Origin: a virus
Taxonomy: Duplodnaviria > Caudoviricetes
DNA: 64,000 bases
Direction: 5' to 3' (one strand)
Virus record (IMG/VR): IMGVR_UViG_3300032280_000659
Coordinates: 32,001-96,000 of that record
Part shown: piece by piece, positions 52,501 through 62,577 of the stretch
Numbering within the stretch: position 1 is the stretch's first letter
How the letters are laid out: the number at the start of each line of letters is the position of its first letter
The notes under the pieces: model-generated
What the model saw: only the letters and a program-made list of their open reading frames with translations
Told to the model about the DNA's origin: nothing
The model's database searches: none
Made by a program: the position numbers and the translations under genes

Positions 52501-52785
52501 ATGGCTGAAGTAATTACTGCGACTAAGCAAAGTCGTATTCGTTGTTCTGATGAGGCTTTTCTTGAGGCTGTTTATTCCAGCAATACTTATGCAGAGATTG
52601 CAGAGAAAACTGGACAGAAGGTTGCTAGTACAATGGCAAGATATGCTCGTAGTAAGAAAGCTCTTGAGGCTAAGGGTATTCAACTGCCAGAGATGCAGCG
52701 AAAGAAACCAGTTAAGTCTATTGATAGTGTCGAAAATATGGTAGAGATTGTTGGTAGACTCAAGGCCCATCACGCTAGAACGTGA
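52501..52785 (+). CDS. HTH-like DNA-binding protein
   Basis: SNTYAEIAEKTGQKVASTMAR; promoter at 52398. Confidence 0.55.
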   Translation: MAEVITATKQSRIRCSDEAFLEAVYSSNTYAEIAEKTGQKVASTMARYARSKKALEAKGIQLPEMQRKKPVKSIDSVENMVEIVGRLKAHHART

Positions 52786-52886
52786 TTTTATTAACAATGC
52801 TTCCAGCTACATTGCTCATAAATATTATTAGAGACAAAATAAACAAAAATCTAACAATGGTTATGGTATGTAGTTTGGAAGTATAT

Positions 52887-52959
52887 GGGGGTGTAGTCCA
52901 AAGGCAGAGACAGTGGACTTAAAATCCATCCAGTGTGAGTTCGATTCTCACCACCCCTA
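52887..52959 (+). tRNA. tRNA-Leu(TAA) with a short variable region
   Basis: GGGGGTG/CACCCCT acceptor, GTGGA-CTTAAAA-TCCAT, A73. Confidence 0.85.
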
Positions 52960-53589
52960 CTATTTTATAGTATCAGATTCATATAGCATTATTTCTTTAG
53001 TTTGGTATTGAAACGCTTTAATAAATCCAGAATTCTTAAACAATGGGTGATTTGAGTCAAGTCCTCTCCATCCGCCTATTTGTCCGGCTATATGATCAAA
53101 ATGACTACTATTACAATTAGTTATTAGAATATATTTAAATTTTTTACAAGTTTTAATCCACTCTATAAAAATAGATACGGAACTGTCGTCCCAGTGTTGC
53201 AAAACATCCTTGATTATGAGAAGGTCTACTGGCTCAATCGTATCCCTTTGTTCAAAAACATCAATACTCATGAATTTAAGATGCGAATTATATTGATACG
53301 TTGTTTTTAAATATTCAATTAAATCCAAATAGATATCATAACCAAAATAGGATATATTTGCTTTTGCAAAAATAGCTTCGCCAACTCTCCAATCCCCGCA
53401 TCCAATATCAGAAACACTACGAATATTATACTTATGCAAAAATTCTTTTATATAGGCGATATATTCTTTATTATATTCTACAGAACTTCCAGACCCACTT
53501 GATCCTCTATATCCTGCTATGCCGTTTGTTCCCCAAAGACCATTCTCGTATATAGAAGAAAAAATTTTTTTCATTTTATTGTCTGACAT
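52960..53589 (-). CDS. class I SAM-dependent methyltransferase
   Basis: FSSIY..LW...SGSGSS, DIGCGDW, KDVLQHW; AGGAG RBS; the only convincing minus-strand gene. Confidence 0.85.
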   Translation of the reverse strand: MSDNKMKKIFSSIYENGLWGTNGIAGYRGSSGSGSSVEYNKEYIAYIKEFLHKYNIRSVSDIGCGDWRVGEAIFAKANISYFGYDIYLDLIEYLKTTYQYNSHLKFMSIDVFEQRDTIEPVDLLIIKDVLQHWDDSSVSIFIEWIKTCKKFKYILITNCNSSHFDHIAGQIGGWRGLDSNHPLFKNSGFIKAFQYQTKEIMLYESDTIK

Positions 53590-54510
53590 AATATTTCTCC
53601 TAATATGATTATATACTAATACACTATAACCATAAAAATAGAATCATCTCTATATGACATTTAACAAATGGATAAATCAAGACGAAGAATTTGGCCCAAG
53701 AATTGACCGAATCTTAGACGATATAAAAGTTTGTGTTGAACAAGAAAGAACTGACGATATTATGAAATGGCTTCTGGCTGCGTATGTTGTGGGTCATGGA
53801 CAAGGATATGATACTGGACATTATGATGCTAATAAAGACTGTGAAGAACAGCTTGATGAATACCGTATGGGAGATGACTTTTAATATAAGGAGAAATAAT
53901 GAGTAAAAATTCAATAGAAGTATATAAGGTTGGTAGCAGGGTTAAGCTTGCCGACGACGTTTATGGAACTATAGTAAGTGTCAAGATTACTGCCGATAAC
54001 AAGATAAACTATGAGTGCGGCTGGTGGAATGGTAGATCTTATGCTAAAGATAGTTTTGATTCTAATCAAATCGAAGTTACACTAGCGGATAAATCTCGCA
54101 TAGGCTTTGTATGATCGAAGAATATGAGAACTGGGAAGATACTATAAGGCGTACATTTATTGAATTAGCAACTTATATGGAAAAAATAATGAGCAAAAGT
54201 CTTTGTAATGGCAGGATTAAGAATAATAATCCTAAATCCCCAATAGAATATTTTTTACTAGTTACTGTTAGAGAGTATAATGATTATGAGGGTGGAACTT
54301 ATATAGATGAGGTTAGAACGTCTGCTGAGTTCCTAGAAAAAGAAAAAGACTCTTGCGACGATCCTTTTTATCAAATCTATGGATCAGTACCAATAGATAT
54401 GGATGGCTTGCCGACAACCGTTTTTCTTGGTGAGTTTCATAGTATAGATAAAGCAAGGAATTTTCTATATAATCTTACTGGTGAAATCCCAGATATCATC
54501 TCTTATTAAT

Positions 54511-55035
54511 ATGGTTAATACCAAATATAAGATTGATCTATCAGACTACTATCATGAGAATGGTGGTTATTGTACTCTATATAAAATATCTCACCAACCA
54601 TTTTTAGGCTTTAAAGAATTTATTTCCAAGTCTAGAGCAGAATATGCCAGAAAAATTCAGACCCAATTAAGTAAATACGACCTTACTCCCAAAGTATGCT
54701 CTGAATTATGTAAGATGGGTTATGAACCATTCTTTCCTAATAAAATAAGTGGGTGGGGATATATTACAGAATTGGCTAAGCCAACTAATGCAAATATACC
54801 GTTATGGAAAATACAAAAACTAGTTGATACTATTTATAGTACAACAAAGTTAAAATTTTGGGACTGTCATTCGGCCAATCTAGGATATATCATAAGAGAG
54901 GGCAGAATGAAATTAGTTTGTATTGATACTGGTAAAGAAACTTGGGACGGATATGCTAATTATTTTGGAAACTCTGATCCCGGCCCTAAGTGTTCGTATT
55001 GTTTAAGATATCAATGTAAATGTACTGGAGATTGA
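54511..55035 (+). CDS. protein-kinase-like phosphotransferase (paralog of 1847)
   Basis: GFKEF, GYITELAKP, DCHSAN, IDTG, Cys-rich tail. Confidence 0.6.
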   Translation: MVNTKYKIDLSDYYHENGGYCTLYKISHQPFLGFKEFISKSRAEYARKIQTQLSKYDLTPKVCSELCKMGYEPFFPNKISGWGYITELAKPTNANIPLWKIQKLVDTIYSTTKLKFWDCHSANLGYIIREGRMKLVCIDTGKETWDGYANYFGNSDPGPKCSYCLRYQCKCTGD

Positions 55036-55036
55036 A

Positions 55037-55366
55037 GTGCCATATATTAATGAACAAGACAGAAAAATACTAGATCATCATATAGATAGTTTAATTTTTG
55101 TATTTAAATGCTCCTTAGAGGGAGAAATTTGTCAACAACAAAACTTGACAGACAATCAAACAATGATGCTTTTAGGTAAAATTAACTACTGTTTTTCTCG
55201 TATTGTAGGAGGACTAATGGTAAATCCTTCATATAATAAAGTTGCCATGATTACTGGGGTACTGGAGAATATCAAGCAAGAATTTTATCGTAGAATTGCT
55301 GAACCATACGAAGATAAAAAAATTCTTGAGAATGGAGATATCAAGGAATATAAAAAAAATAGTTAA
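55037..55366 (+). CDS. conserved phage protein (DUF6899-like)
   Basis: MPYI...GKINY...KQEFYRR..EPYEDKK..NGD. Confidence 0.65.
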   Translation: MPYINEQDRKILDHHIDSLIFVFKCSLEGEICQQQNLTDNQTMMLLGKINYCFSRIVGGLMVNPSYNKVAMITGVLENIKQEFYRRIAEPYEDKKILENGDIKEYKKNS

Positions 55367-56026
55367 GGTGTATATATCAATATCCAAATAATTCGGAGGC
55401 TATAATGTCAAAAGATATTGATAAAATTAGTAAAGATATTATTCAATTAAATAAAGAAATTCGTAGCGTAGAGTTATCGAACACTAAAGAATTTTCTGAG
55501 CTTAAAAAAATACTAAAAAGTATGGATAAAAAACTAAATGATATCTCTGAAAAGATTAAAGAATTTGAAATTATCATGGATGCTGCTGACATTATAGAGG
55601 AACATATGGATGACGAGGAAGAAAAATATAACACTGAATGGAATCCATATGATGATGAAGATTATCAGCCAGAAGATTACGAAAAATATGAAGATGATGA
55701 AGATAACTAATGGCTAGTTTAGCTCTACTAGTAACAATAATTTTTATATCAGTGCTAATTATAGGGCCGATTAGTTATTTATTGTCATTATTCAATTGGA
55801 TGCCAAGGCTTATTGTATGGATCATGGGACTACTTTGTATCCTTGTTGGAGGCATGGCTTTGACTTTGCCTCTGCTCTTTTTAAAAGTTTTGGGTCTGAT
55901 AGACATAGCCATAGGCTTTAAGATAATATCGAACAAGAGAGAAAAGAAAACTGAAGGTTGACAAGATGCTTTGCCGATGGTATACTTGAGCCATCACAGG
56001 AACGATAACACTTTTGGAGAAAAACG

Positions 56027-58705
56027 ATGAAGTTGGCAGACAGAACGATTGAGACTCACAGCGTTGGCGTTGCAAGTAGGAATCAGTTCAATATTGCTCA
56101 GACGAGCAAAATGTTTAAAATCCTTTCAGATTCTCTTTATTCTGATAAGGTAATGGCTGCAATCCGTGAGCTTTCTACTAATGCTTATGATAGCCATATC
56201 TCTGCCGGAAATAAGAACTCCTTCAAAGTTACTCTGCCTACTGCTGCTAATCCCACCTTTATGGTTAGAGATTATGGTACTGGTCTTAGTCAGGCTGATA
56301 TGGAGGACTTGTATACCACCTATGGTGCTTCTAACAAAAATGATAGCAATGATTTTGTTGGTTGTCTTGGTCTAGGATCTAAGAGTCCCTTTGCATATAC
56401 CAAGAGCTTTACCACTGCATCATACTATAATGGCAAGAAGTATACTTATATTGCAGCGATTGACGATAGTGGTGTTCCTACTCTGAATCTTTTTAATACT
56501 TCAAATACGTCTGAGCCTAATGGTCTTGAGATTAGTTTTGCTGTTAAGCAGCATGACTTTCAAGAGTTTACAGACAAGGCTAAGAGAATCTTCCACTATT
56601 TTCGCATGAAACCCATACTTGAGGGTGGTATCGGAAATAATCTTCAAGATCATAAGTATAGCAATACTAATATCATCATTAGTGGTGAAGGTTGGAGGGT
56701 GTGTAGACTCAATAATGATAATAACTATTTCCCTAATGGTTATCATCGAATTGATAGTGGTATCGTAGCTATCATGGGTAATATCGCCTATCCTGTTCAG
56801 ACTGCACAGATTGTGGGTCAAGAAAAGGAAGAAATGCCCGATCATATCCAGAAGTGGAATAGAGCTTTCCAGAAAGCAGATATTGATTCTTGGAAGAGTT
56901 TTGTTGGTGAGATTCTTAACTCTGGCCTTTATCTTGAGCTTGATTTTGGTATCGGTGAACTGGAAATGGATGTTTCCCGTGAAGGTTTGCAGTATACCAA
57001 GGATGTTATCAAGACGCTGCGTAAAAAGACTCAAGAAATTTACATGGAAATGAAGGAAGAATTCTCCAAGAAAATTCAAGCTTCCAAGAACAAAGTAGAG
57101 GCAATTACTTCATACTATACTATGAATGAATTGGCTGGCGGCTGGGGTGTTGGTGCAACTTGGACTGATCCCAAGGGTAAAGATCATCCTATTAACTCTG
57201 GCAATGACTTGGAATATAAAATTCCTGCTGGTAAGAGTCTGTACGTTTTTAATTATAAGACTGCTGGCTATCGTTCTCGTCGCCAAGTTGCTCTGACGGA
57301 CAGAATCCATCACGAAACTCTTACTGGTAAAGGTTCCTATTATTGGAATAACCAGAAGAAGAAGGGCACAATGGCTTTCTTTGTGTGCGATGTTGCGAGT
57401 GAAGAAAGTGCCAAGAAGATTCTCACAAGATATTGCAATGCTAATGATTGTTTTGCTTATCTGATGATCGACACTAAGGATCATACAAAAAGCAATACAG
57501 GTTTTGATCAACTGATCGAAGATGTCGGGGCTGAAAATCTGCTTAAGGTTTCAGACTACAAGCATCTGACACAAAGCTCTGGCCCAAGAAAGTCTTACAG
57601 CAGAAATTCTAATGGTAGTGTTAGCGATCAAGATGTATTCTTTATTCACGGTTATGATAAGGATAGTAAGCAGATTACGAATCCTTACAATGACGCTACA
57701 TATCTAAGAATTCTTTCAGAAGAACAGCTAGAGAATTTTCTTGAACAAGACGAGATTGTTTATGTTCCCATGTTGAGATATGGAACAGAACCTGAGTCTG
57801 GTTGTCCAGAGATTGCTGGGATTAGTAAAACTCTCCAAGAAGATACTCTAAAAAGCATAACTAAGGACTTGATTGGCAATAGTAAGATTTATGCTATCAA
57901 AACAGCTTTCCTTAAAAAGCTTGAGAAGGATGGCTATAATCTTGTTAACTTCAATGATTTTTTGAAGCGTCAACTCAAAATTGTAACACAAAAGCACTTT
58001 AAGAATCTTGGCTCTATCAATAAGCTTGTTGAATATTGTAAGAAGGAATACGCAACAGAAGAGAAGAACGGTGGTGGATATAGGTATTATCAGCATGGAA
58101 CAACAGATAAGCAGTTTATGTTTCATATTCTGAATATCTTTGGCCTGGATTATGATAAGTTTATTAACAACAAGGCTCTTGTAGATTGCTTAAATAAAAC
58201 TATCCTCACAGAGTTCTTTGCTAATACTGTTCATCTAAGCCCCTTTAATATTCCACGGTTCAATCAAACAGAATATCTTTCTCATATCTCTAAGCTTATG
58301 AAAGAGGCTGGGATCGAAGATGTTGACGGTAAGGAGATTCGTAATGCTAACTTGGCTTATAATACCTTAACAAGAATGATTTCTCAAAATTTGTATTGTG
58401 GTCAAGCAGATGACACGGAGAGTTATCTCAAAATTATCCGTGGGACTTCTGCTCAAGATATTAAGACATGGAAAATCTCTGAGATTAGGGAAAAGATTAA
58501 GACAGAAGTAGACAAGAATCCTATGCTCAAGGTTATTATGGGAAATCATCAAGTATCAGGCAATCTGGTAGATCTTAAATCTAATCAGAATCCTATCATT
58601 GAAGATCGCTCATATTATGGAAAGCAGAGTAGGGATTGGGTCGAGCAGATGAGTCAGGAGAATATTGACCTGTTTAGGATTCAGTTGAGTAGTTTGATCA
58701 AGTAG
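56027..58705 (+). CDS. rIIA: T4 rIIA-like protein (GHKL ATPase N-terminus)
   Basis: MFKILSDSLYSDK..AIRELSTNAYDSH, VRDYGTGLS, GLGSKSPFAYT, VSREGLQY; directly upstream of rIIB. Confidence 0.88.
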   Translation: MKLADRTIETHSVGVASRNQFNIAQTSKMFKILSDSLYSDKVMAAIRELSTNAYDSHISAGNKNSFKVTLPTAANPTFMVRDYGTGLSQADMEDLYTTYGASNKNDSNDFVGCLGLGSKSPFAYTKSFTTASYYNGKKYTYIAAIDDSGVPTLNLFNTSNTSEPNGLEISFAVKQHDFQEFTDKAKRIFHYFRMKPILEGGIGNNLQDHKYSNTNIIISGEGWRVCRLNNDNNYFPNGYHRIDSGIVAIMGNIAYPVQTAQIVGQEKEEMPDHIQKWNRAFQKADIDSWKSFVGEILNSGLYLELDFGIGELEMDVSREGLQYTKDVIKTLRKKTQEIYMEMKEEFSKKIQASKNKVEAITSYYTMNELAGGWGVGATWTDPKGKDHPINSGNDLEYKIPAGKSLYVFNYKTAGYRSRRQVALTDRIHHETLTGKGSYYWNNQKKKGTMAFFVCDVASEESAKKILTRYCNANDCFAYLMIDTKDHTKSNTGFDQLIEDVGAENLLKVSDYKHLTQSSGPRKSYSRNSNGSVSDQDVFFIHGYDKDSKQITNPYNDATYLRILSEEQLENFLEQDEIVYVPMLRYGTEPESGCPEIAGISKTLQEDTLKSITKDLIGNSKIYAIKTAFLKKLEKDGYNLVNFNDFLKRQLKIVTQKHFKNLGSINKLVEYCKKEYATEEKNGGGYRYYQHGTTDKQFMFHILNIFGLDYDKFINNKALVDCLNKTILTEFFANTVHLSPFNIPRFNQTEYLSHISKLMKEAGIEDVDGKEIRNANLAYNTLTRMISQNLYCGQADDTESYLKIIRGTSAQDIKTWKISEIREKIKTEVDKNPMLKVIMGNHQVSGNLVDLKSNQNPIIEDRSYYGKQSRDWVEQMSQENIDLFRIQLSSLIK

Positions 58706-58801
58706 TCAGAAATTTCTCAAGACCCCTTGACAAGCTTGCCGATTAGTGTAAAATGACAGTATCACGGGTATCGTAACTATAAAGTATTAGGAGTTTGGAT
58801 T

Positions 58802-59668
58802 ATGGCTGTTCCGTTTATGTTTGTGGATGGTAATTTGACTCTGGTTCTTAATAATCAGAGTTATCAGGTGTTGCCAGATCATATCAACTATAAGTTGATT
58901 CTGGAAAGACTTCCTACTGCTACGGCAGAGGAACTGTTGGAAGTTGTTGATGTTCAAAAGGCTGTTGCTACTTTTAGTGATGGTCTTGTAGAGATCAAGA
59001 ATGGACAGGTTCTTTATGAGGGTGAGGAAGTTCACGGCAGTATCAGTAAGCGTATTCTAGAGTTTATGAGCAAGGGATTGCCGTTTCAGCCCCTTGTTAA
59101 TTTCCTGAATAATATCATGGAAAATCCAAGTATGCAGAGTCAGAAAGAACTGTATGACTTCTTGGAGCATGAGCATCTTCCTATTACTGAGGATGGTCAT
59201 TTCCTTGCCTATAAGGCTGTTCGTTCAGACTTTAAGGATAAGTATAGAGGAGTTTTTGATAACAGCGTTGGGAATGTCTGCACAATGCAACGAGCAAAGG
59301 TAGACGATGATCGTGGTCGTGGTTGTTCTAATGGACTTCATGCTGGAGCATTGAATTATGTTGCTCATTATGGTAGTCTGGAAGCTGGCGACCGTATCGT
59401 GATTGTTAAGATTAATCCCAAGGATGTAGTCAGCGTTCCAAGCGATTCTAATTGTGAAAAGCTTCGTACTTGTCGATATGAAGTGGTTGGACAGTACGAG
59501 GGTGAGCTACTCAAGCCTCTGTACAAAGCTGATTTTAGTCAAGACAATTACGATGATGAGGATGAATATCTTGACGATTACGATGAAAGCTATTGGGATC
59601 AGTTTGATGATGACGAAGAAGATGAGATGGATGATGAAGATGTGGATAATAATGGTTTCTATAGGTAA
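58802..59668 (+). CDS. rIIB: T4 rIIB-like protein
   Basis: NPS...ELYDFL...ITEDGHFLAYKAV...CSNGLH...VKINPKDVVSVP.D...KLRTCRYEV; acidic tail. Confidence 0.9.
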   Translation: MAVPFMFVDGNLTLVLNNQSYQVLPDHINYKLILERLPTATAEELLEVVDVQKAVATFSDGLVEIKNGQVLYEGEEVHGSISKRILEFMSKGLPFQPLVNFLNNIMENPSMQSQKELYDFLEHEHLPITEDGHFLAYKAVRSDFKDKYRGVFDNSVGNVCTMQRAKVDDDRGRGCSNGLHAGALNYVAHYGSLEAGDRIVIVKINPKDVVSVPSDSNCEKLRTCRYEVVGQYEGELLKPLYKADFSQDNYDDEDEYLDDYDESYWDQFDDDEEDEMDDEDVDNNGFYR

Positions 59669-59675
59669 ATAGTCA

Positions 59676-59756
59676 AGGTGGTGTTTGGAACTTGTAAGAT
59701 AGTACCTATATAGTTTTTACTATCATACAATAGGGGTTCGATTCCTCTACCATCTT
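59676..59756 (+). ncRNA. tRNA-like RNA lacking a normal anticodon arm
   Basis: Acceptor-like AGGTGGT/ACCATCT with G3.U70, T arm AGGGG-TTCGATT-CCTCT, long central stem TTGTA-GATAGTA/TACTATC-TACAA. Confidence 0.6.
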
Positions 59757-59835
59757 TTTGGATATTGCTTTTGATGGTAGTGTTTACTGTCCCAATATCA
59801 AAATTGTGAGTAGAAAGTTGGAAAAAGGAAAACAA

Positions 59836-60993
59836 ATGTTTAGCGATAATATTGGCTTTAATCCGTTTGATAAGAACAACAATGTTCATGCTAATGGTAA
59901 CGCTCAGAATAGACAAAGATTTTTGAGTTCATTCAACCAGAACCATATCTTTATTTATAACGGCAATCCTCGTAAAAAGATTAGTAGCATGAGTCATACT
60001 ACTGATATTAATGAGATGCTTGAAGCAAATGTAAATAATCATTCCGATTCTTATTTTTATGTGAATGGTGGTCGTAAAGTCTACGCTATTAAGCAGTTCA
60101 CCAGTTGTTTTTGCGATATGGATGCTGGACGAGATGATCAGGGCAACTATTTTAAGCCCAGTATTGTAATGCAAAAGAAGAAAGAGTTTCTCAATAAGAT
60201 CAATAGTTTTCCTGTAAAGCCAAGTTGGGTTGTCGATACCCGAAATGGCTATCAGTGCTACTGGATTTTTGATGATGCCTCAAGAAACATTGTTGGCTCT
60301 AATCAAACTTTCTGGAATGGTCTGCAAAAGAAACTAGTAAATTACTTTGGTGGTGATCCCAGAGCTATTAAGCCAAATCAGATTTATCGTGTTCCGTACA
60401 CTTGGTGGCGTAAAGAGTGGGAGAAGAAAGCTCCTTACTTCACAAGCTTACTTCATGGTAGCACTGGTCAACCAATTAATGTCGCTGATCTAAAGTCTGC
60501 TCTTACTGGTCAACCTGCTACTCTACAAATTGTTCCTGATAAGTGTAGTGATGAATGGTATAAGGGCTATGCTAAGGCATATAAGCAGTCTGATGTTACT
60601 GGTGTTCCAGTGTCAATCAATGTTGCGACCAATATTCTAAATCAGATGAAGTCTTTGAATCCAGAAGTATATACTAATAGTACAGACGATATTAAGCCTG
60701 TATATGGTTATGCTAGTGGTAGTGTTTTTCAAAAGGCTTATGGCGATCCTATGCCTGTTCATCCGGTTGATGAAGATGTTCTGCTTGATCACAAAGATGT
60801 TTCTGAGGATGCACAGGACACTCTACCAGACGAGGATATGAACCTAGATGGTCAGCAGACCAAGCTTTTAAAGACGGTCGTGGAGTTCCTTAATCAAGTC
60901 TCAACGCCCCTTTACTTTAGCAATAACAGGTTTCTGTCTAATGCTGCTAAAGAACTAGCATCTAAGATCAGCGACAAATTTTGTATTGGATGA
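59836..60993 (+). CDS. RepB/AEP-type DNA primase-like protein
   Basis: YFYVN, CFCDMD (DxD), PSWVVDTRNGYQCYW, GDP....QIYRVP; ATG 59836 has an AAGGA RBS. Confidence 0.65.
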   Translation: MFSDNIGFNPFDKNNNVHANGNAQNRQRFLSSFNQNHIFIYNGNPRKKISSMSHTTDINEMLEANVNNHSDSYFYVNGGRKVYAIKQFTSCFCDMDAGRDDQGNYFKPSIVMQKKKEFLNKINSFPVKPSWVVDTRNGYQCYWIFDDASRNIVGSNQTFWNGLQKKLVNYFGGDPRAIKPNQIYRVPYTWWRKEWEKKAPYFTSLLHGSTGQPINVADLKSALTGQPATLQIVPDKCSDEWYKGYAKAYKQSDVTGVPVSINVATNILNQMKSLNPEVYTNSTDDIKPVYGYASGSVFQKAYGDPMPVHPVDEDVLLDHKDVSEDAQDTLPDEDMNLDGQQTKLLKTVVEFLNQVSTPLYFSNNRFLSNAAKELASKISDKFCIG

Positions 60994-62130
60994 GGGTTTA
61001 GTGTCAGGGGTATTGGAAATTCCATACCCTTTGACACAGCCAATATATAAAGGAGAAAACAAATGGGTAGACATATTAATCCTCTTTTACAGCTTTTATT
61101 GACTGATGAAGAAGCTAAGAAGAAATTTATTGAGCTAATGAATGAGTCGGGATCAGCAAGAGATCTTTACTATTATTTTCAAAAGAATACTTTTTATGGC
61201 AATAAGTATTATCTTAGTTGGCAAACAATTAATAATATCATAAAGAGATTAGGCTTTAAGGGTCGCAGAGGACGAAATCGCAAGAATGTAACTTCTCAAA
61301 ATAGATATAGTTATAGGTAATAATCATGTCGAATGGCGGAAATATTTATGACGACGACGATGATGATGGCTATGATGATAGTCAGGACAATTTAGAGAGT
61401 CATTATAAAAAATACTTTAAGTTTGATCCCGATGCGTGGGATGCTTGGGGAAAAATGCTATATGACACTCTTAACGACATAGTTGAACATCCGTCGAACG
61501 TGTGGTATATTGGCCCTAGCTTTCCAAAGAAGTTGTTACCTGTGAATAGTTGGAATCCCAATGCTGGTAAGGATAAGTCCTTCCAGTATTTGGGGTCCAA
61601 TTATCAAGGACAGCCAATTTGGAAAAAACAATATTTTATTCACAACAAGTTGGCTACTCAATACATGAATCATATCAAATCACATGCTGTTAATTTTATT
61701 CATCAGCCTCATTACTATAAAGGAATGTTCGATATAATGAACTAAATTATGAAATCTAATCAATGGTATAGTATTAATGATATAGATTTATTTGTGGAGT
61801 CATCTAGAGTGTTAGTGTATAGTGCATTTGGTCAAAATCAATCAGAATTGGATGGTATAAATATTAATATAGAAGCTTTAGATGATGAGGCTAAAAGAGA
61901 GTTAGATAGATGCTTATCTCAACGAGAATGTATGGTTATCGTAAAGGATTTTCTCGTACCATCTAAAAACGGTAAAACATATAAGATATCAGAAAAAAAA
62001 TATAAGGCATTTATAGACTCACTAAATGCAAGATTAGTGAGTAATATGTTACATAGATTATCTCATGATGGCTTATTGGAGAGTGCATTTGATGAGGAGT
62101 CAAATGACTTTGTTTTTTGGGTAAAAGAAA

Positions 62131-62577
62131 ATGAAAACAAAAAAGAAAATAGTTAAGAATATTAAGCCCAAAAGCTATGATATTAATTATGAGTATATAT
62201 GTCCATTATGTGGATGTAATCATTGGTTAACAAATATCGAAACTAAGACAAAGGGATTTAGGGTAGCTTGTGACTGCGGAGCAATACTATTTCCTAAAGT
62301 GGTAAAAAAAATCAAAATTATATATAAGACTACTAATGTAGAGAGAGTAAAAAAGACAGCAAAAGAGACTGAGACTACAACAAAATCACCAGATATTGTT
62401 TTGGAAAAGTCTATTGCAAATAGTGCTTGTGATACATTGGAAAAATATGGTTTTGAAAGATCAGAAGCTTTATCTCTAGTAGAGAAAGCATTTGCTCAAA
62501 TTCAACTAAATGATAGCGTAAGTTTAATTAAAAAAGCCTTGGAACTATTGGGAGCTGAAAAATGCGAAACTCATTGA
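62131..62577 (+). CDS. zinc ribbon fused to a RuvA C-terminal-like domain
   Basis: CPLCG..H...CDCG N-terminus; C-terminal ACDTLEKYGFERSEA...LIKKALELL; overlaps the ruvB start. Confidence 0.65.
   Translation: MKTKKKIVKNIKPKSYDINYEYICPLCGCNHWLTNIETKTKGFRVACDCGAILFPKVVKKIKIIYKTTNVERVKKTAKETETTTKSPDIVLEKSIANSACDTLEKYGFERSEALSLVEKAFAQIQLNDSVSLIKKALELLGAEKCETH

Noticed and set aside
59758-59835. TTG-started N-terminal extension of the primase-like ORF
   Set aside because: ATG 59836 has a good RBS, and the extension abuts the tRNA-like element.
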